Below are positions 23,108 through 35,900 of a DNA stretch of 64,000 nt, in pieces. Each line of letters begins with the position of its first letter. Within the stretch, counting starts at the first letter, position 1. The stretch lies in contig JAPMXV010000046.1 of assembly GCA_026936335.1 (NCBI GenBank), positions 62,001-126,000 on the forward strand. The letters run 5' to 3'. Below the pieces are notes generated by a model that did not search any database, had not been told where the DNA came from, and worked only from the letters and a program-made list of their open reading frames with translations. Source of the stretch: Mantamonas sphyraenae STR306. Lineage: Eukaryota; Protista; CRuMs. Both the position numbers and the translations under genes were made by a program.

Positions 23108-26100
23108 TCAGAAGCCGCGTTTTGCTTGCTGCTGTTGGCGCCTGCGTGCTTGCTGGCGTCGCAGCAAGGAGGCCTGGTCGTCATCACTGTCGTTGTCGCT
23201 GTCGTCCACAGAACTCATGGGCGAGTCCGGCACGCGCAGTTCATCCTCTGGGATGGAATCAAACTGAGACTCCCACTGCTCGAGTGAGGCCATAAACTGC
23301 CGCTTCTTCTCCGACTGGCCTCCCACCACGTCCAAATCGTACATCACTGTGGCCGTGTTGTCGTACAGTGAATCTGCGCGTCGCCTGCGTCGAGGGCGCG
23401 CACGTGTGGGTGGCGCATTGCGCTTCAGTTCACCCTTACGCGCCTGGACACGCACACGCTTCCATCGACTGCTCGCTGCGCCCGGTTGATTCTCTCCACT
23501 TTCGGTGCCACTGTCGCCGCCACCACTGCTGGCACCTGGTCGCGGGCTTCCTGGCGGGCTGCTCGGCGGCGTTGCGTCGCCGTCGCTGCCATAATCGTCG
23601 ACGCTGCCTCGCGTGCCGCGCGGCGCACTCAGCGCAGTCATTCCCAGTGCCACGTGTGTTCCGTTCTTGACCCCTCCAGTCAAGCTCATCGGCACAAAGC
23701 GTTTGTCCATGGGCTGCAAAAAGTCGTCCAGCTGCATGTCTTCGATGAACCGGTTGCGGTCGGCGTCCACCGAGTTGTCTGCGTCTGCCTGCGACTGCGG
23801 GTTATGCTTTGCCAATCTGCCCACGAACGAACGCACACTCTTGGCTTGCACCCCGGCAGACACGGTGTCCAGGCTTGCCTGCGACATGGTGTCCATGCTG
23901 CTCCATCCGTCGGCTCCACCTACACCCATGCCGGGCGAGAAGGCTCCGCCGTTGCTCGACGACAGGGACCACCTCTTCGGAGGCGTTGGTGTCGGCGTGC
24001 TTCCACTCACACGCACCCTGTGGTCGTTGTAGCCCACTCCTGGAGTGGTGGCAGGCGAAGGCGCGTCGTCGTGCGAGCTGCCGCCGCTGGCATTGTTGCC
24101 TCCCATCAACTCCGCCGCCGTGTTGGTCGTAGGTTCGTCCGATCGTCTGCGGCCCATGACTGCTCGCCCATCCTTGCCACTCTTACCCAGGTATCGCATA
24201 GCCACACGTTGGTACGCGGTCGACGAACCCAGCAGCAGTTGCAGCCTGCGTCGCAGCAGGAAGCCACGTGCCGCCGCATTGATCAACGTCGCCGCAATCT
24301 CGCGGTCCAGCTTCTGCAGCTGGTGCTGCCTGCGCAGAGCACGCTCAAACTCCAGCGACTCCAACCCGACAATCGAACGGGCCAGAATCAGCAACAGCGT
24401 GCGGAACTTGATGCGATCGTACCTGCGCGGGATCGTCGTCTTGTAGATGCCGTGCTGTCGCATACGTCGCAACAGCTTGTGGCGGCATTCATAGTACAGA
24501 CGAAGGTAGCGGAACTTTTCGCGTGTGTTGCGCACCTGCAATCCCATAGGTGGCCCGATATGCCGCAGGAACGGCAAAAGAGAGTACAGGCGGATGTACC
24601 CCTTTGCCTTGGGGTCAAACATGAGCCACACCTGCTTGAAGCGAGCCAGATCTTGTTCGCCAATCATGCTCACCTCCTTGTTGTAGCAGTACGAAAAGTT
24701 TTCCAGAATGACAGCAATGAGCAGGTTGAGGAACACGTACGCACCGAGGATGTAAAAGGTGACAAAATAGATGGGAGCAACCACGGGCTGGCCACAATCC
24801 ACCCACGAGGCCGTGTCCGAGCAGTATGGCCGCTCCACCTGCAGATCGTGCATGATGCCGTTCCAGTCTTCGCCCGTCAGCACGCGGAACAACGTCAGGA
24901 ACGCGAGGCCGATGTGGTTAAAGTTCACCAAGCGCTTGGTGAAGTGGCCGTACTTGACCTCGCCAAACAGCTGCACGCCAATCACCGCGTACACGAAAAT
25001 GCACAAGATCAACAGAGCGCCGACGTTGAGCATGGACGGCAGAGAGGTGAGCAGCGTGTTGAACAGTGTGCGCAGACCCTTGGCCGAACGGATGATGCGA
25101 ACAATGCGCAGGATGCGAAAGGCTCGCACAAACGCGTTGCGGCGCAGCGAAAACTCGGCCAACTCGAAAATGAGCGAGCCCACCACCACTGCGGCATCAA
25201 ACACGTTCCACCCGTTCTTCAAGTAGTTCTTCAGATTCAACGCCATGATCTTGATGACCATTTCCACCGTGAACACGCCCAGGAAGAACCAGTTGGCCTG
25301 GGTGAGAAAGTCGGTCCAAGTGCGTGGCTGTCCGTTGTACTCGGTGGCCATGAGCAGCACGTTGATAAGGATGGCAATCATGATCACTTTGTCGAACGAA
25401 GGGTGCGCAATGAAATCAAACAACGCCGCGCGGAACCCGTTCTTGGGTCGTGGCGGGCGTTTGGTGGGTCGCACCTGCACCATCACCTTGCGCATGTCCA
25501 GCCATCGCTTTTGGGCATTGGTCATGCGCGAACTGCCGTTGATCTTTGTAAAGTTGTCGATGATGACACCCACAAACAGCTTCACCACAAAGAAGGAGCC
25601 GATGAAGATGAAGATGATAAAGTACAGCGAGTTGAGCTTGGAGTAGTTCTCGCGCGGGTTCTTGTCCAGGCCAACCATGTCCATGGCGCCGTACATGACG
25701 CTGATCCAGCCCTCCAGCGACGAGACCTCAAACAGGGTGAGCATGGACGCGGGGAAGTCGTCGAAGCTGTAGGGAGGATTTGTCCAAACGCGTGGCACAA
25801 GGATGCCCAGTTCGTTGACAAACGATCCCACACACTCTGCACGTCCATCCACAGACAGGTCGGTGCAGTGGTAGTACAGACCGGCAAACAGGTTGATGCC
25901 CAGAATTGCAAAGATCGTCAGGAAGGCCACCCACAGCATGACCACGTTGAAGATATCCTGGCGTGACTCGATGATGGAGTTGATGATGTCCTTCATCCCC
26001 TCGTTGCGGTTGATAAAACGCAACGGGCGCAGGGCGCGGCCAATGCGAAAGGCGCGTCCGACGGAGCCTGCAGACACACCCGTGCCCTCGGAGGCAAAGA

Positions 26101-29100
26101 AAGCAAGGTAGGAGAACACGAGCACAGCCGCGTCGAGCCTGTTCCACGAATCACTCAAATAGGATTCGGGCGTCAGCCAGATGCCCTTGGCAACCACTTT
26201 GATGACCAACTCCACGGAGAAGATGATGAGGAAGATGAGGTCGGCCGTGCTTGAGATTTGGCTGAACGTGGGGTCGCGTCGTGTCTCTGGATTCTCCATG
26301 GCCAAAAACACGGAGGACACGAGAATGGAGACGAGGATGAGGTGATCGAACCACTTGATGTCCACAATGCGGATGCAGATGCGACGGATCGGGTTCTGCG
26401 GCGTGAGGCAGAACAGGCTCTTGTTGTACGCCTCGTTCTCCTTCCAGATCTGCGAGTTGAGCAGCATGTTCTGGTGCTCGCGGCGCTTCTCTTCGTGTGC
26501 CGCCTCGCGCTTCTTGGTAAAGGCCTTGAACATGGAGAGAAACTCCTTGTCCTCGTCGACGTCGGAATCGTCCTGGTCATCCAGAATCATGCCGTCGAGG
26601 TCGTTCTCGCCGCTCTCGTTGGCAATCTCGTGAGCTGCGCTCTCCTCGTTGAAGGCCATCTCCTTGAGTTGACGTGCGTTTGTGCGCAGATAGGTGACTT
26701 CGCGCGGGCCCGTTTGGTTGTTGGCAGACAAGAGGTCGACGACGACAGACTTGCGCTGGCGCAGGCGAGTACGCGGATTGTTGATGTTGAATGCGAGGCT
26801 GCTGGCCGTGTCGTTGGCAGGGCCGAGCGATGCGCCCTTGCGTTCCGCCTCCTGCAGAGACTCGTCGTACACCTCGCGCTCCTTGTTCATCAGCGGCTCG
26901 GTCATGAGGTAGCGGTCGACAAAGCGGCGGGGCAGCTCGGCGGTGAGTTCCCTGCTGATGCCGTTGATTTTGACGACTTCGTTGCTTTGCGAACCGACGT
27001 AGCGGTTGTAAAGGCCAATGAGACGATCTGTGGCTGTGCTGTGTCGCTGCAGGCCCACACCTCGTTTCTCCCAGAAGGCGCGTCGCTGAAGCTCGTGCTT
27101 CTCATTCTCCTTGAGCTCAAAGTTCTCCAGAATGACGGCAATGAAGAGGTTGAGCAGGATGTAGTTTGCAAAGAGGTAAAAGGTGATGAAGAAGAAGGGC
27201 GCGGCCCAGCCTGCAGACGATCGCATGGCGTTGTAGTACGGATCGATCCAGTTCTCGCCCGTAAGGACAATAAAGAGGGTGATGACGGCGTCGTCGAAGC
27301 GGTCAAAGTTCTCGCGTGGCTTGGGATCAAAGTTGTACGTGCCTCCGAACAGCTGCATGCCAAGGATGGCGAAAACGAGAAGGGAGAAGGTCATGAAAGC
27401 CAACAGGTTGGTGATGGCAATGAGAGAGCCGAGCACGGTTTTGAGGAGCTTCTGCACGCGTGGGTAGCGCTTCATGAGGCGGACGACACGCAAAAGGCGA
27501 AAGGTGCGCAGCACGGTGAAGGAGTTTTGTACGTCGTTGATGACCATGGCGGGAATGGTGGTGACGACAATGACAAAGTCGAAGCGGTTGTCGCTGCGGC
27601 TGATGTACTTCATGAAGCCATTCATGCCCAGGATCTTGATGACCATTTCGAGGAGGAAGATGCCGTTGAAGACATACTCTGCAATTTGCAGGGCAAGGAC
27701 AAAGTCGGCGCTCATGTTGTGGTGTTCCATGGCCAGAAAGATGGTGTTGACAATGATGCACAGGTTGATAAAGAGGTCGAAGCGCTCCGCGGTCGATTTT
27801 GAATCGACGTCCTTGTTGCTGTACTCCTGCGTGACAAAGCGGGCAAACGTGGACACTACAGACTGAGGCAAGTCGGCTGTGGGCGAGGGAAGGAAGGCGT
27901 CAGCAAATGGAGATGAGAGGCGGCAGGGATGGGCGGAGAAAAGCGAAACGTACGAAAGTAGGAGCCGAGATCGGAGAAGAACTGAACAACAGGGTTTGGG
28001 CTGGTCTGCTCCTCCTCCTTCTTCTCGAGGTAGTACTTGCCGTTGCGCTCGACAATCATGGTGCTCTTTGCGGCAGCGTTCTTTGCACGCACAAAGGCAG
28101 ACCTGTTTTCCTGTTCGCGGACGCGGGAAAACGTGGCGCTGATGACGGCGACGAAAAGGTTGATGACCAGGAAGGAGATAAGGACGACAATGAGCACAAA
28201 CCAGATCCAGGCTATCTCGTACTCTGCGTCCATGGTGCTGTACATGATGGAGGTCCAGCCCTCGAGCGAGATGCACTGGAAAATGGTGTTGAAGGACAGC
28301 ACAATGTCGTCGAAGCTGTTGAAGCCATAGTTGGGATACTCCTGGGTGTCCTTGCAGAATTGGTTGGACGGACACGTGTGACCCTTGTTTGCAGAGCGAG
28401 GCGCACAAAAGGTCTCTGGAAAGGCGACCTCGCCCGTGTCTTTCATGGCGCAGCGACGCGCGAGCGATCCCTGGAACAGCTGGATGGCTGTGATGCCAAA
28501 GAAGGCAAAGAAGAAGATCATAAACAGGAGGACGTCCACGAGGAGCTTCAAACTCTCGTTCAGCGAGTCGAGGATGGCCTGCATGGATTCAAAAGGGGGG
28601 CAGGAAACAAAGTCAGTGAGCGGGCAGCGCAGAACGGTTGGCACGCAGCACGAGACACACACTTGTGTGGACCACAGATGCGACCAAGGGGAAATAGATG
28701 GCCAGTGGGCAATTCGGACGCGGAAGGGAAGCACAAAGAGTGAAGGACAGATTGGGAAACGGGACACAAACGTACGCGGATGCCATCAAAGAACTTGAGG
28801 GCTTTGAGCGGGCGCAAGGCACGGAGGGCTCTGAAAGCCTGGAGGTTGAAGCTGAGAAAGGGCAGCTGGCCGACCCAGGAACTGATGACGACGACGAAAT
28901 CGAGTCTGGCGAGACGCAATGACGAGGGACGGCGGGCGGCGTGAGCGGCGTGGCCGAGAGAGGGAAGAGGCGAGGCCGTTTTCAGGGAACCATCCAGGAA
29001 AAGCACGCTGGAAGCACGCAGCGAGCACTCACCGGTACCAGGGATCGCGCAAATATACAGTAGTGGACAGCGCAAACATATAGAGGATCATTTCGATTCT

Positions 29101-29839
29101 GTGGCAAGGACGTGAGGAGCGGGCAGCGGGAGGAAAGTTAGCGGGCAGCGCGGCGCGTGGGCGGATGCTGAAAGGCACGGAAACGCACGTGAAGATGATG
29201 GAGACAACCAGATCAAAGATGTTGAAGGCTGTGCGAAGAGTGGGTGTGACAGAGCCCTTGGCAGCGGGCGAGTCGATGGCCAGCACGATGACGTTGGCCA
29301 TGATACAGAAGAGGATGAAGTTCTTGGACCACGAGTGATTCACAAACTTGTGCACTGCAATGCGGTATCTGTTGGACGGTTTGTACTTCCAGCAGGACAC
29401 GCCCTCGAGCGGTGGCAGATTGCTGTCGTTGAGGATGCGGTTGTACTCCAGCTCCTTTGTGTTGCGGCTGTCAAGAGGAACGAACCGGCGCGCAAATTGC
29501 GAGCCTCGCGTGTCAGACCAGACTCAGTTCCGCTTCCAACCCCATCTGCCATGCCCGTAGGCCTACTTACATCATGCCGGCCACCTTGTCCAGCTCATCG
29601 TCGTCGCCGGACATGGATCCGTAGCGAGACGTATTGGTTGTGCCGTTCTCGCCCTTGTTGCTGTCGTCGGAATCGTAGTCGTCAGAATCGTCTTCGTCGA
29701 GCAGACTCGATGCGTTTTCCAGCTCGCTCAGCTCGATAGTCAGCTCATTTCCTGAGCTGCCGTTGGAACCACTTCTGCCGACTAGCCTACGACCTACTGC
29801 ACCAAGCTCCATGCGCATGGAGGCGCGATTGTTGGACAT
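23108..29839 (-). CDS. Four-domain cation channel alpha subunit, NALCN/Cch1-like, EEEE filter; exons 29839-29571, 29467-29189, 29098-29033, 28905-28776, 28578-27954, 27876-23108
   Basis: 4x6TM; pore loops ISLEGW, LTGENW, SSLEGW, LTGEDW; PRVWTNPPYSFD before the DIII pore; IQ-like AATLINAAARGFLLRRR; five GT-AG introns in frame. Confidence 0.88.
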
Positions 29840-29898
29840 CGGGGGTCTTGGAAGCAAAGTTCGTTACTGTATTGTTGCGTGGCGGGGGCATGGCCTGC

Positions 29899-29932
29899 CA
29901 CACACACACACACACACACACACACACCACAC
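29899..29932. repeat. (AC)n microsatellite
   Basis: AC run in the ~100-bp spacer upstream of the channel gene. Confidence 0.9.
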
Positions 29933-29941
29933 AAACACCTC

Positions 29942-32900
29942 TCACTCAAAAAAGTACCGCGGGTGCACGTACATGGATCCTTCCCAAACGCTGCTGGACG
30001 AGAGCAACTCCGAAGAGCGACTGACGTTGGATTCGCTCACGACGTCCAGCAGTGTACGCGTAGGGCGCACAATTTCGTCGTCATTCTCGTAGCGACCCTT
30101 TGTGTTGAAGTATTCCATCAGCTCCGGGTGGCGGATGCCAAAGTCGTTGGGAAGCATGGACATGGAGGCGATTTTGCGTGTGCGGAGCGCGTACTCGTGC
30201 TCGCAGATGCGGTCGATGCAATGTTCACACTCACGCACAAGCGCCGCCTTGGCTTGCTCACGCATGTCCACTGTGTCGTCGTAGGCCTCAGCGGCGCCAA
30301 ATGTGCCGTCGTTGCGCTGGGCAGCCTCGCTCACGGCCGCGGCAAATTCCTTGGCCATGCGATGGGCTCTCTTCGATGTGCGTGCTTCAACACGCGTATT
30401 GCCGCCACGACGCGCTGTGGCCACATAATCCACCTGTTCCGCACGCTTCAGCGCCAAGTCAAGGTCAACGTACTCCTCCCGGGCGTTGGATTCCTTCTGC
30501 AGCACGTAGCGTTCGTACATGATGACCGCCTGCGAAATCAGACCCGAGTTGAACAGCAGCTGGTTGACCAGAGGATCGTTCAGCTGGATCAACACTGGCA
30601 CAAGGCTGATCACCGAACGCTGCAGGTAAAGGTCGTCCGTCTGAGTCAGCAGGTGGCGCTCTTCTTCACATACGCTGTGACGTTTGAACAGCTTGCCCAG
30701 CTCCACGCGCAGCTCCTCCGTGGTGTTTGGGTTCTGAGCAATGATACGCACAATCTCCACTGCTTCCGAGCGGATAGGGAAGCGCAAGTTGTACTTCAGG
30801 AAGCCCGTCGGCAGTCGGCTGTACTGGATGTCGTAGAAGTACGTACACGACAGCAAATCCGTCACCAACGTCTCGATCAAGTCGCTTTGCATAATCTGGC
30901 TTACCAAAAGCGCTTGTGCCTTGGATCGCTTGTGGCCACCAGCTGCTGCCGTGCGCGGTTGGCCGTCGCCCGCCTTGTGGTCCTCAAACCCGATGCACAG
31001 CTCCAGCGTCAGCAAACGCACCTCGATCTCAAACGGGTATCGATCCAGCTGGTACAGTTGCAATGTGTTCGTCTCAAAGTTCTGTTTGATCAGCTCATAC
31101 TGTTGCAGGATCACTCGCACCAGCCTCTCCCCAAAGTTGTGTGCGGCCAGAATCTGGAACACACGCGTGCTCATGGTCTGCATCAGGCGCAACAGCAGCA
31201 ACTGCACGTGATTCTGCACCTCGAACAGCGGGTGCACCTTGTACAGCTCAAACTCCAGCGTCTCGTCGTAGTGGAGGGTGAGAAACTCCACGACGTGGTT
31301 GTTGATCAGCAGTGACTCGAAGCCGTAGTGCACAAACAGCATAAACTGGTCCAGAATCTGATGCATCTGCGACAACAACCTGCACATGAGCTCACGCTCC
31401 TCCACTTGCTGCTGCGCGCTCAGCGTCACAAAGCTGACCCCGTTGTTCCAGCATCGGTCAAAGATCTGCAGCACAAACTGCATCACGTCGCGCATGCCAG
31501 CAGACCCAGCAATGTCCACGCGCTCCACCTCCCACAGGTACTCGTGGTTGTTGGTCAGGATGCGCAGTTTGTCCAGAAACTCTTCCACCTCGTCAAACTG
31601 CGGCACGTCGTAGTCTCGCGCAAAGTCAATCAGATCCTGCAGCGTGAACGGGCCCCGAGACTTGATGTTGTGACTCAGCAGCAGTCTACGCAGGCTAGGG
31701 ATGTTGTTGATGGCACGCAGGATCGGAGGTCCGCCGCTGACAAATACATCCCGGAACACCTCCTTCACCACTTCCGTCAGCGACGGGATGCGGTTACCGA
31801 TGTAGCGAATGACGGCGCGCAGGGCATCGGACACCACCAGTGCGTTGCAAAAGTCCTCACCGCCCAGCATGACGTTGTGCAGCGAGCGGATGGCTGTTTC
31901 CAGGTTGTCCGTTTCCTCCTTTTCGTCGCGCAACCGCCTGCCCATGGCCGCTGTGAAGGTGGGAACCGAGTAGCACGTGCACACGGCCCACTGAAACGAC
32001 AGATGGTTCTGCGACGGGATGCTCTTGCTGATTTCGTAAAACAGCTGCAGGGCCTCGCGGCGCACGTCTGCGTCGTCGTCGTCCAGCAATGCAAGCACCT
32101 TTTGCACTGCGCGAAAGTCCAGGCACAGCTTCACACGCTGGTCTTTGCCTCCTTTGACCAGGCTGGTAATGTAAATCACCCCTGATCGGCGCTGCCTGTG
32201 GTTCGCTCTGCTACTCACGTCACAAATGCGCTTCAGATTGTCGCCCAGTCGTTCCATGTTGCTGTAGTACTCTGCGTTGCGATGGAAAAAGTCGCTCGTT
32301 GTCGATTCCATGGCCTCGATGCCGTGGTCGCCCTTGATGTAATCACGAATGACCACATACGCGTGCGACCCTGTGCCGTCGTTGCCAAACACATCCCGCA
32401 CCAGCGGACCCACTGTGTCTGCCAGAGACGGAATCCAGTGCGATGAGTCGACTCCCCAGTAGCACTGCATAAACTCCCTCTGGAACAGACGCCAGCGTTC
32501 GGGCACACTCATCTCAGCGTCCCCGGACACGTGTACCGGGATTTGCTCCAACAGGTACTCTTCGCCCATGTACAGCTTGACGATGTTTTGCACAATCGAT
32601 TCCACGTACGCACTGACAAAGGAAAAGTGTTGCTGCAAGCCCGGCAGCAGCTCGTAGAACAGTTCGACGAGCATGCGCACAACACGCACGTCGCTTGTGT
32701 TGCTCGTATCGATGTATCTGCTACTTCGTGTGCTGCGTGTCATGCTGCTGCTGCTGCTGCTTGTGCTCGTGTTGGCTGCTGCACTCGGTCCGGCCTTGCG
32801 CGAGTTGGTCAGATTGCGCAATGCGATCACAACCAGCTGGTCCAGCACTCGCTGTTGGAAGATCTCCTTGGTCACCAGCGCCTGTGATTTGCGCTCCACG

Positions 32901-35900
32901 TGGGACATTTGGTACGCGTCGTCCTCGCTGATCACAACTTGCTCTTGAAAGTTGGCCGTCACGTCTGCAAACATGCGCAGGTCAACCACCATCCCCTGTT
33001 CCACCTCACGCATCATCTGCTCCAGAGGTGACTTGAAGAACGTATTGACCACTTTGAATGGATTCACGCGGCGCACATAGCTTGTGGCTTGCAGTCGTGC
33101 CTGGCTCACCTCGCTCGGTGTCAGGTTGAAAAAGTCGCTCTTGAGCAGCAGCTCCAAGTCGATGCGCTCCGCCGGCACCACCTGCAGACACAAACTGATG
33201 ATGTCCAGCTCGTTGAGAAAGCCCTCTTCCGCTTCGTCCCCCGCTCGCTGCACGTCGCCTCCATCCGTGCTCGCTGATCGCAGTCGGTTACCACCGCGCA
33301 CCATCCTTGATGACATGCTGCGTGACGAAGCCGTGGAACTGACCAAATTGGAGGAAGTGTAGGCTCCGGAATCGCCCCCACGACCTGCACTGTGTCCGCT
33401 TGTGTGCACATTCGAGGTGGTATTGGAGTGCACAATCACATTGCCGTCCTGATCGACAAGCGGCACCACAGAGAACAAGGACAGCTGAGAGACCATGGGT
33501 GTCGTATCCGTACTCTGTGTGTACAGAATGGCCTCTCCCTGAGGTCCGATGTTGTCCGAAGAGGTGGTGGTGGGCAAACCCTGCAGCCAGTCGTAGAACG
33601 GGTTGTACTTTGCACTCTGTTTGCTGCTGGCCCCGTTTCCGCCATCTCCGCCATGGAATCGGTGCGACGCATGTTGAGAATGTTTGTTGTGGCGCCCGTG
33701 GCTGCTGCTGTGGTGAGCGGAGACGGCGTGGTGGGATGCCGAGTTGGTCGACTGGGCCGACTGCAGCAGCTCCACCTGACTCTGCAGAGCCGCTGTCTCC
33801 TCTCCCGTGGTACCCACAATGAGAGAATCGCCGTAAAGAGGCGGTGCACGTCCAAAGAGCATTTCGTAGAGGAGGGAGCCAAAGTTCCACGTGTCGTACG
33901 CTTGTGTGTGGCGGAACACACTCTCGGCGTACCATTCGGGCGGCAGATACACAGAGGACTTTTCCGAGTACAAACTGTACTCCTGTGCAGACTCCTTGGG
34001 CGTGTTGGCTTGGTCAAGCGTCGGGTCGGGCATGTCTGGAACGGTTTTCAAGCGCCCGTGCGTGTCCACCAGACCCATGCAGCTGAGCGACACCAGCTTG
34101 AGCAGGGTGCCGTCGGACGAAACAAGGATTTGGTCGGGTGTCAGGTTGCGCACGACGACACCCTCGCGATGAAGCGACACAAGCAGTTCCAGCAGCTGGT
34201 AGCCCCAGTAGCGGATCAACAGTTGGTTCTCTTGGCCACCCAGGTAGCCGCAGTTGCGAAACATCTGCGACAGAGGCAGGAAGCCTTCCAGTCGTTCAGT
34301 GATGATGTGGCGTGTCCATGACACCGTGCTGCGTCGTCCCGAGTTTCGGTGACCAAGGTTGTCGTCGTCGCCGTACCCACGCTGGTCGTCCTCGTCAAAC
34401 ACACCAACGACGCGCACGAGACGCGGGTGCATAAACAGCTGTCTGTGGATCTGCAGCTCGTTGGCCAGGTGAGCAGACAGTGGGTTGCCGTCGTTCTGCA
34501 CCGTTTCGACGTCCTGGCTGCCAATGGCAAACACCAGCACATTGCGTTGCATGCTGCCATCCCAGCCCTCGAGCACGCGTCGGTTTGTGCCGCGAAGCCA
34601 GTCCACCTCCCGGTCGTCGTAGATTTCCAGCTCGTCGTAGCTCTGGATGCGCTCCTTCAGGTACACCTGTTCCGCGTGTTCAGGGTCAATTTCAAACATG
34701 AAGGGTTCCGACTCGGAGGCGCGTTCGAGCGCAAGCGATACTTTGTGCTGGTGGATTTTGACCACACGTTCGCGCAGGGCTTGCAGCACGCCGTCGATCT
34801 GCTCGTGGATCGACTTGAGGTTGGTGCCCCACTGCGAGTAGAACATGCTGTTGACTGCCTGCGACAAGCCCTCCTTGTTGGCCACGTCGGTGGATTTGTA
34901 GTCCGTAAGGTGCTCCCGAATGAGCTCTGCGTCGAAGCGCAGCGCACTGAGCGGATCCAGGGTGCTGATGATCTTCATGAACGCCTCCTCGTTCACCAAC
35001 ACAATGGGTTCATCGTCCAAGGGGCGAGGAGGCAGCATTTCGTTGCCCATCTCGTCCACTTCAGGCTGCAGCAGGGCTTCGTGGAGCTCGTCCAAAGTCG
35101 AGCCAACTTCGCGCGTGCGCTGCTGAGCGTAGTCGACAAAGTACTCCACCACATCAAAGGGCGGGTGTAGCAGCGAGCATCGGTCAAGGATTACAAACAG
35201 TTCCGGAGCGGTGAGGGCATTGGCAGACAGGATGCGCTGCTTGTTGAAGCCTTCAAACACGTCGCGGTGAGGCATGTCCAGCGCCATCTCAAAGATTCGA
35301 TGCAACGGCCCATCGGTTTGCAGATGCAGCGGACGAGGATCAACTGCAGCGACACGGTACAGGGCGTACACTTGGTCGTAGAATTCGTTGAGGCGACCAA
35401 AGGCCTCCATGCTGCGCTGGAGTTGAAGCTGGACGTCGTGTGCATACATGGACATCTGATGCTTAAAGTTGGCCATGACAGCGTACTCGCACTCTTGATA
35501 GATCTGCGCAGGGATGTGCAAGTCCACCTGGTTGGCTTGCACTTTGGCTGGGTTGTTGCCCACGACCCAGCCAAAAGTTGTGCTCTTGTCCCCGTGTCGC
35601 TCCGTGCTCGCAAACAACATTTCCAGGCCGTCGCGCTCGTTGACCACTCCCAGTTGCATGGCAGGCGACTTCAAGTGAACTGTGTGACCCGAAGCAAACG
35701 GCACATTGGTGGTAGTGTACAGGGGCGGGTGTTGGGCCTCGTAGATGCCCGGCCACACGCGCTTGTAGCGATAGGCCTTGGGGTCGGTGAGCAAGTACGG
35801 CTCGCCGTCCAGGTTCCAAAAGCGGATGGTGTGGTCGAGCGAGGACGACACGATGAGCTCGGCCTGGCGCAAAAAGACAATCGAGGTCACACGGTCCTTG

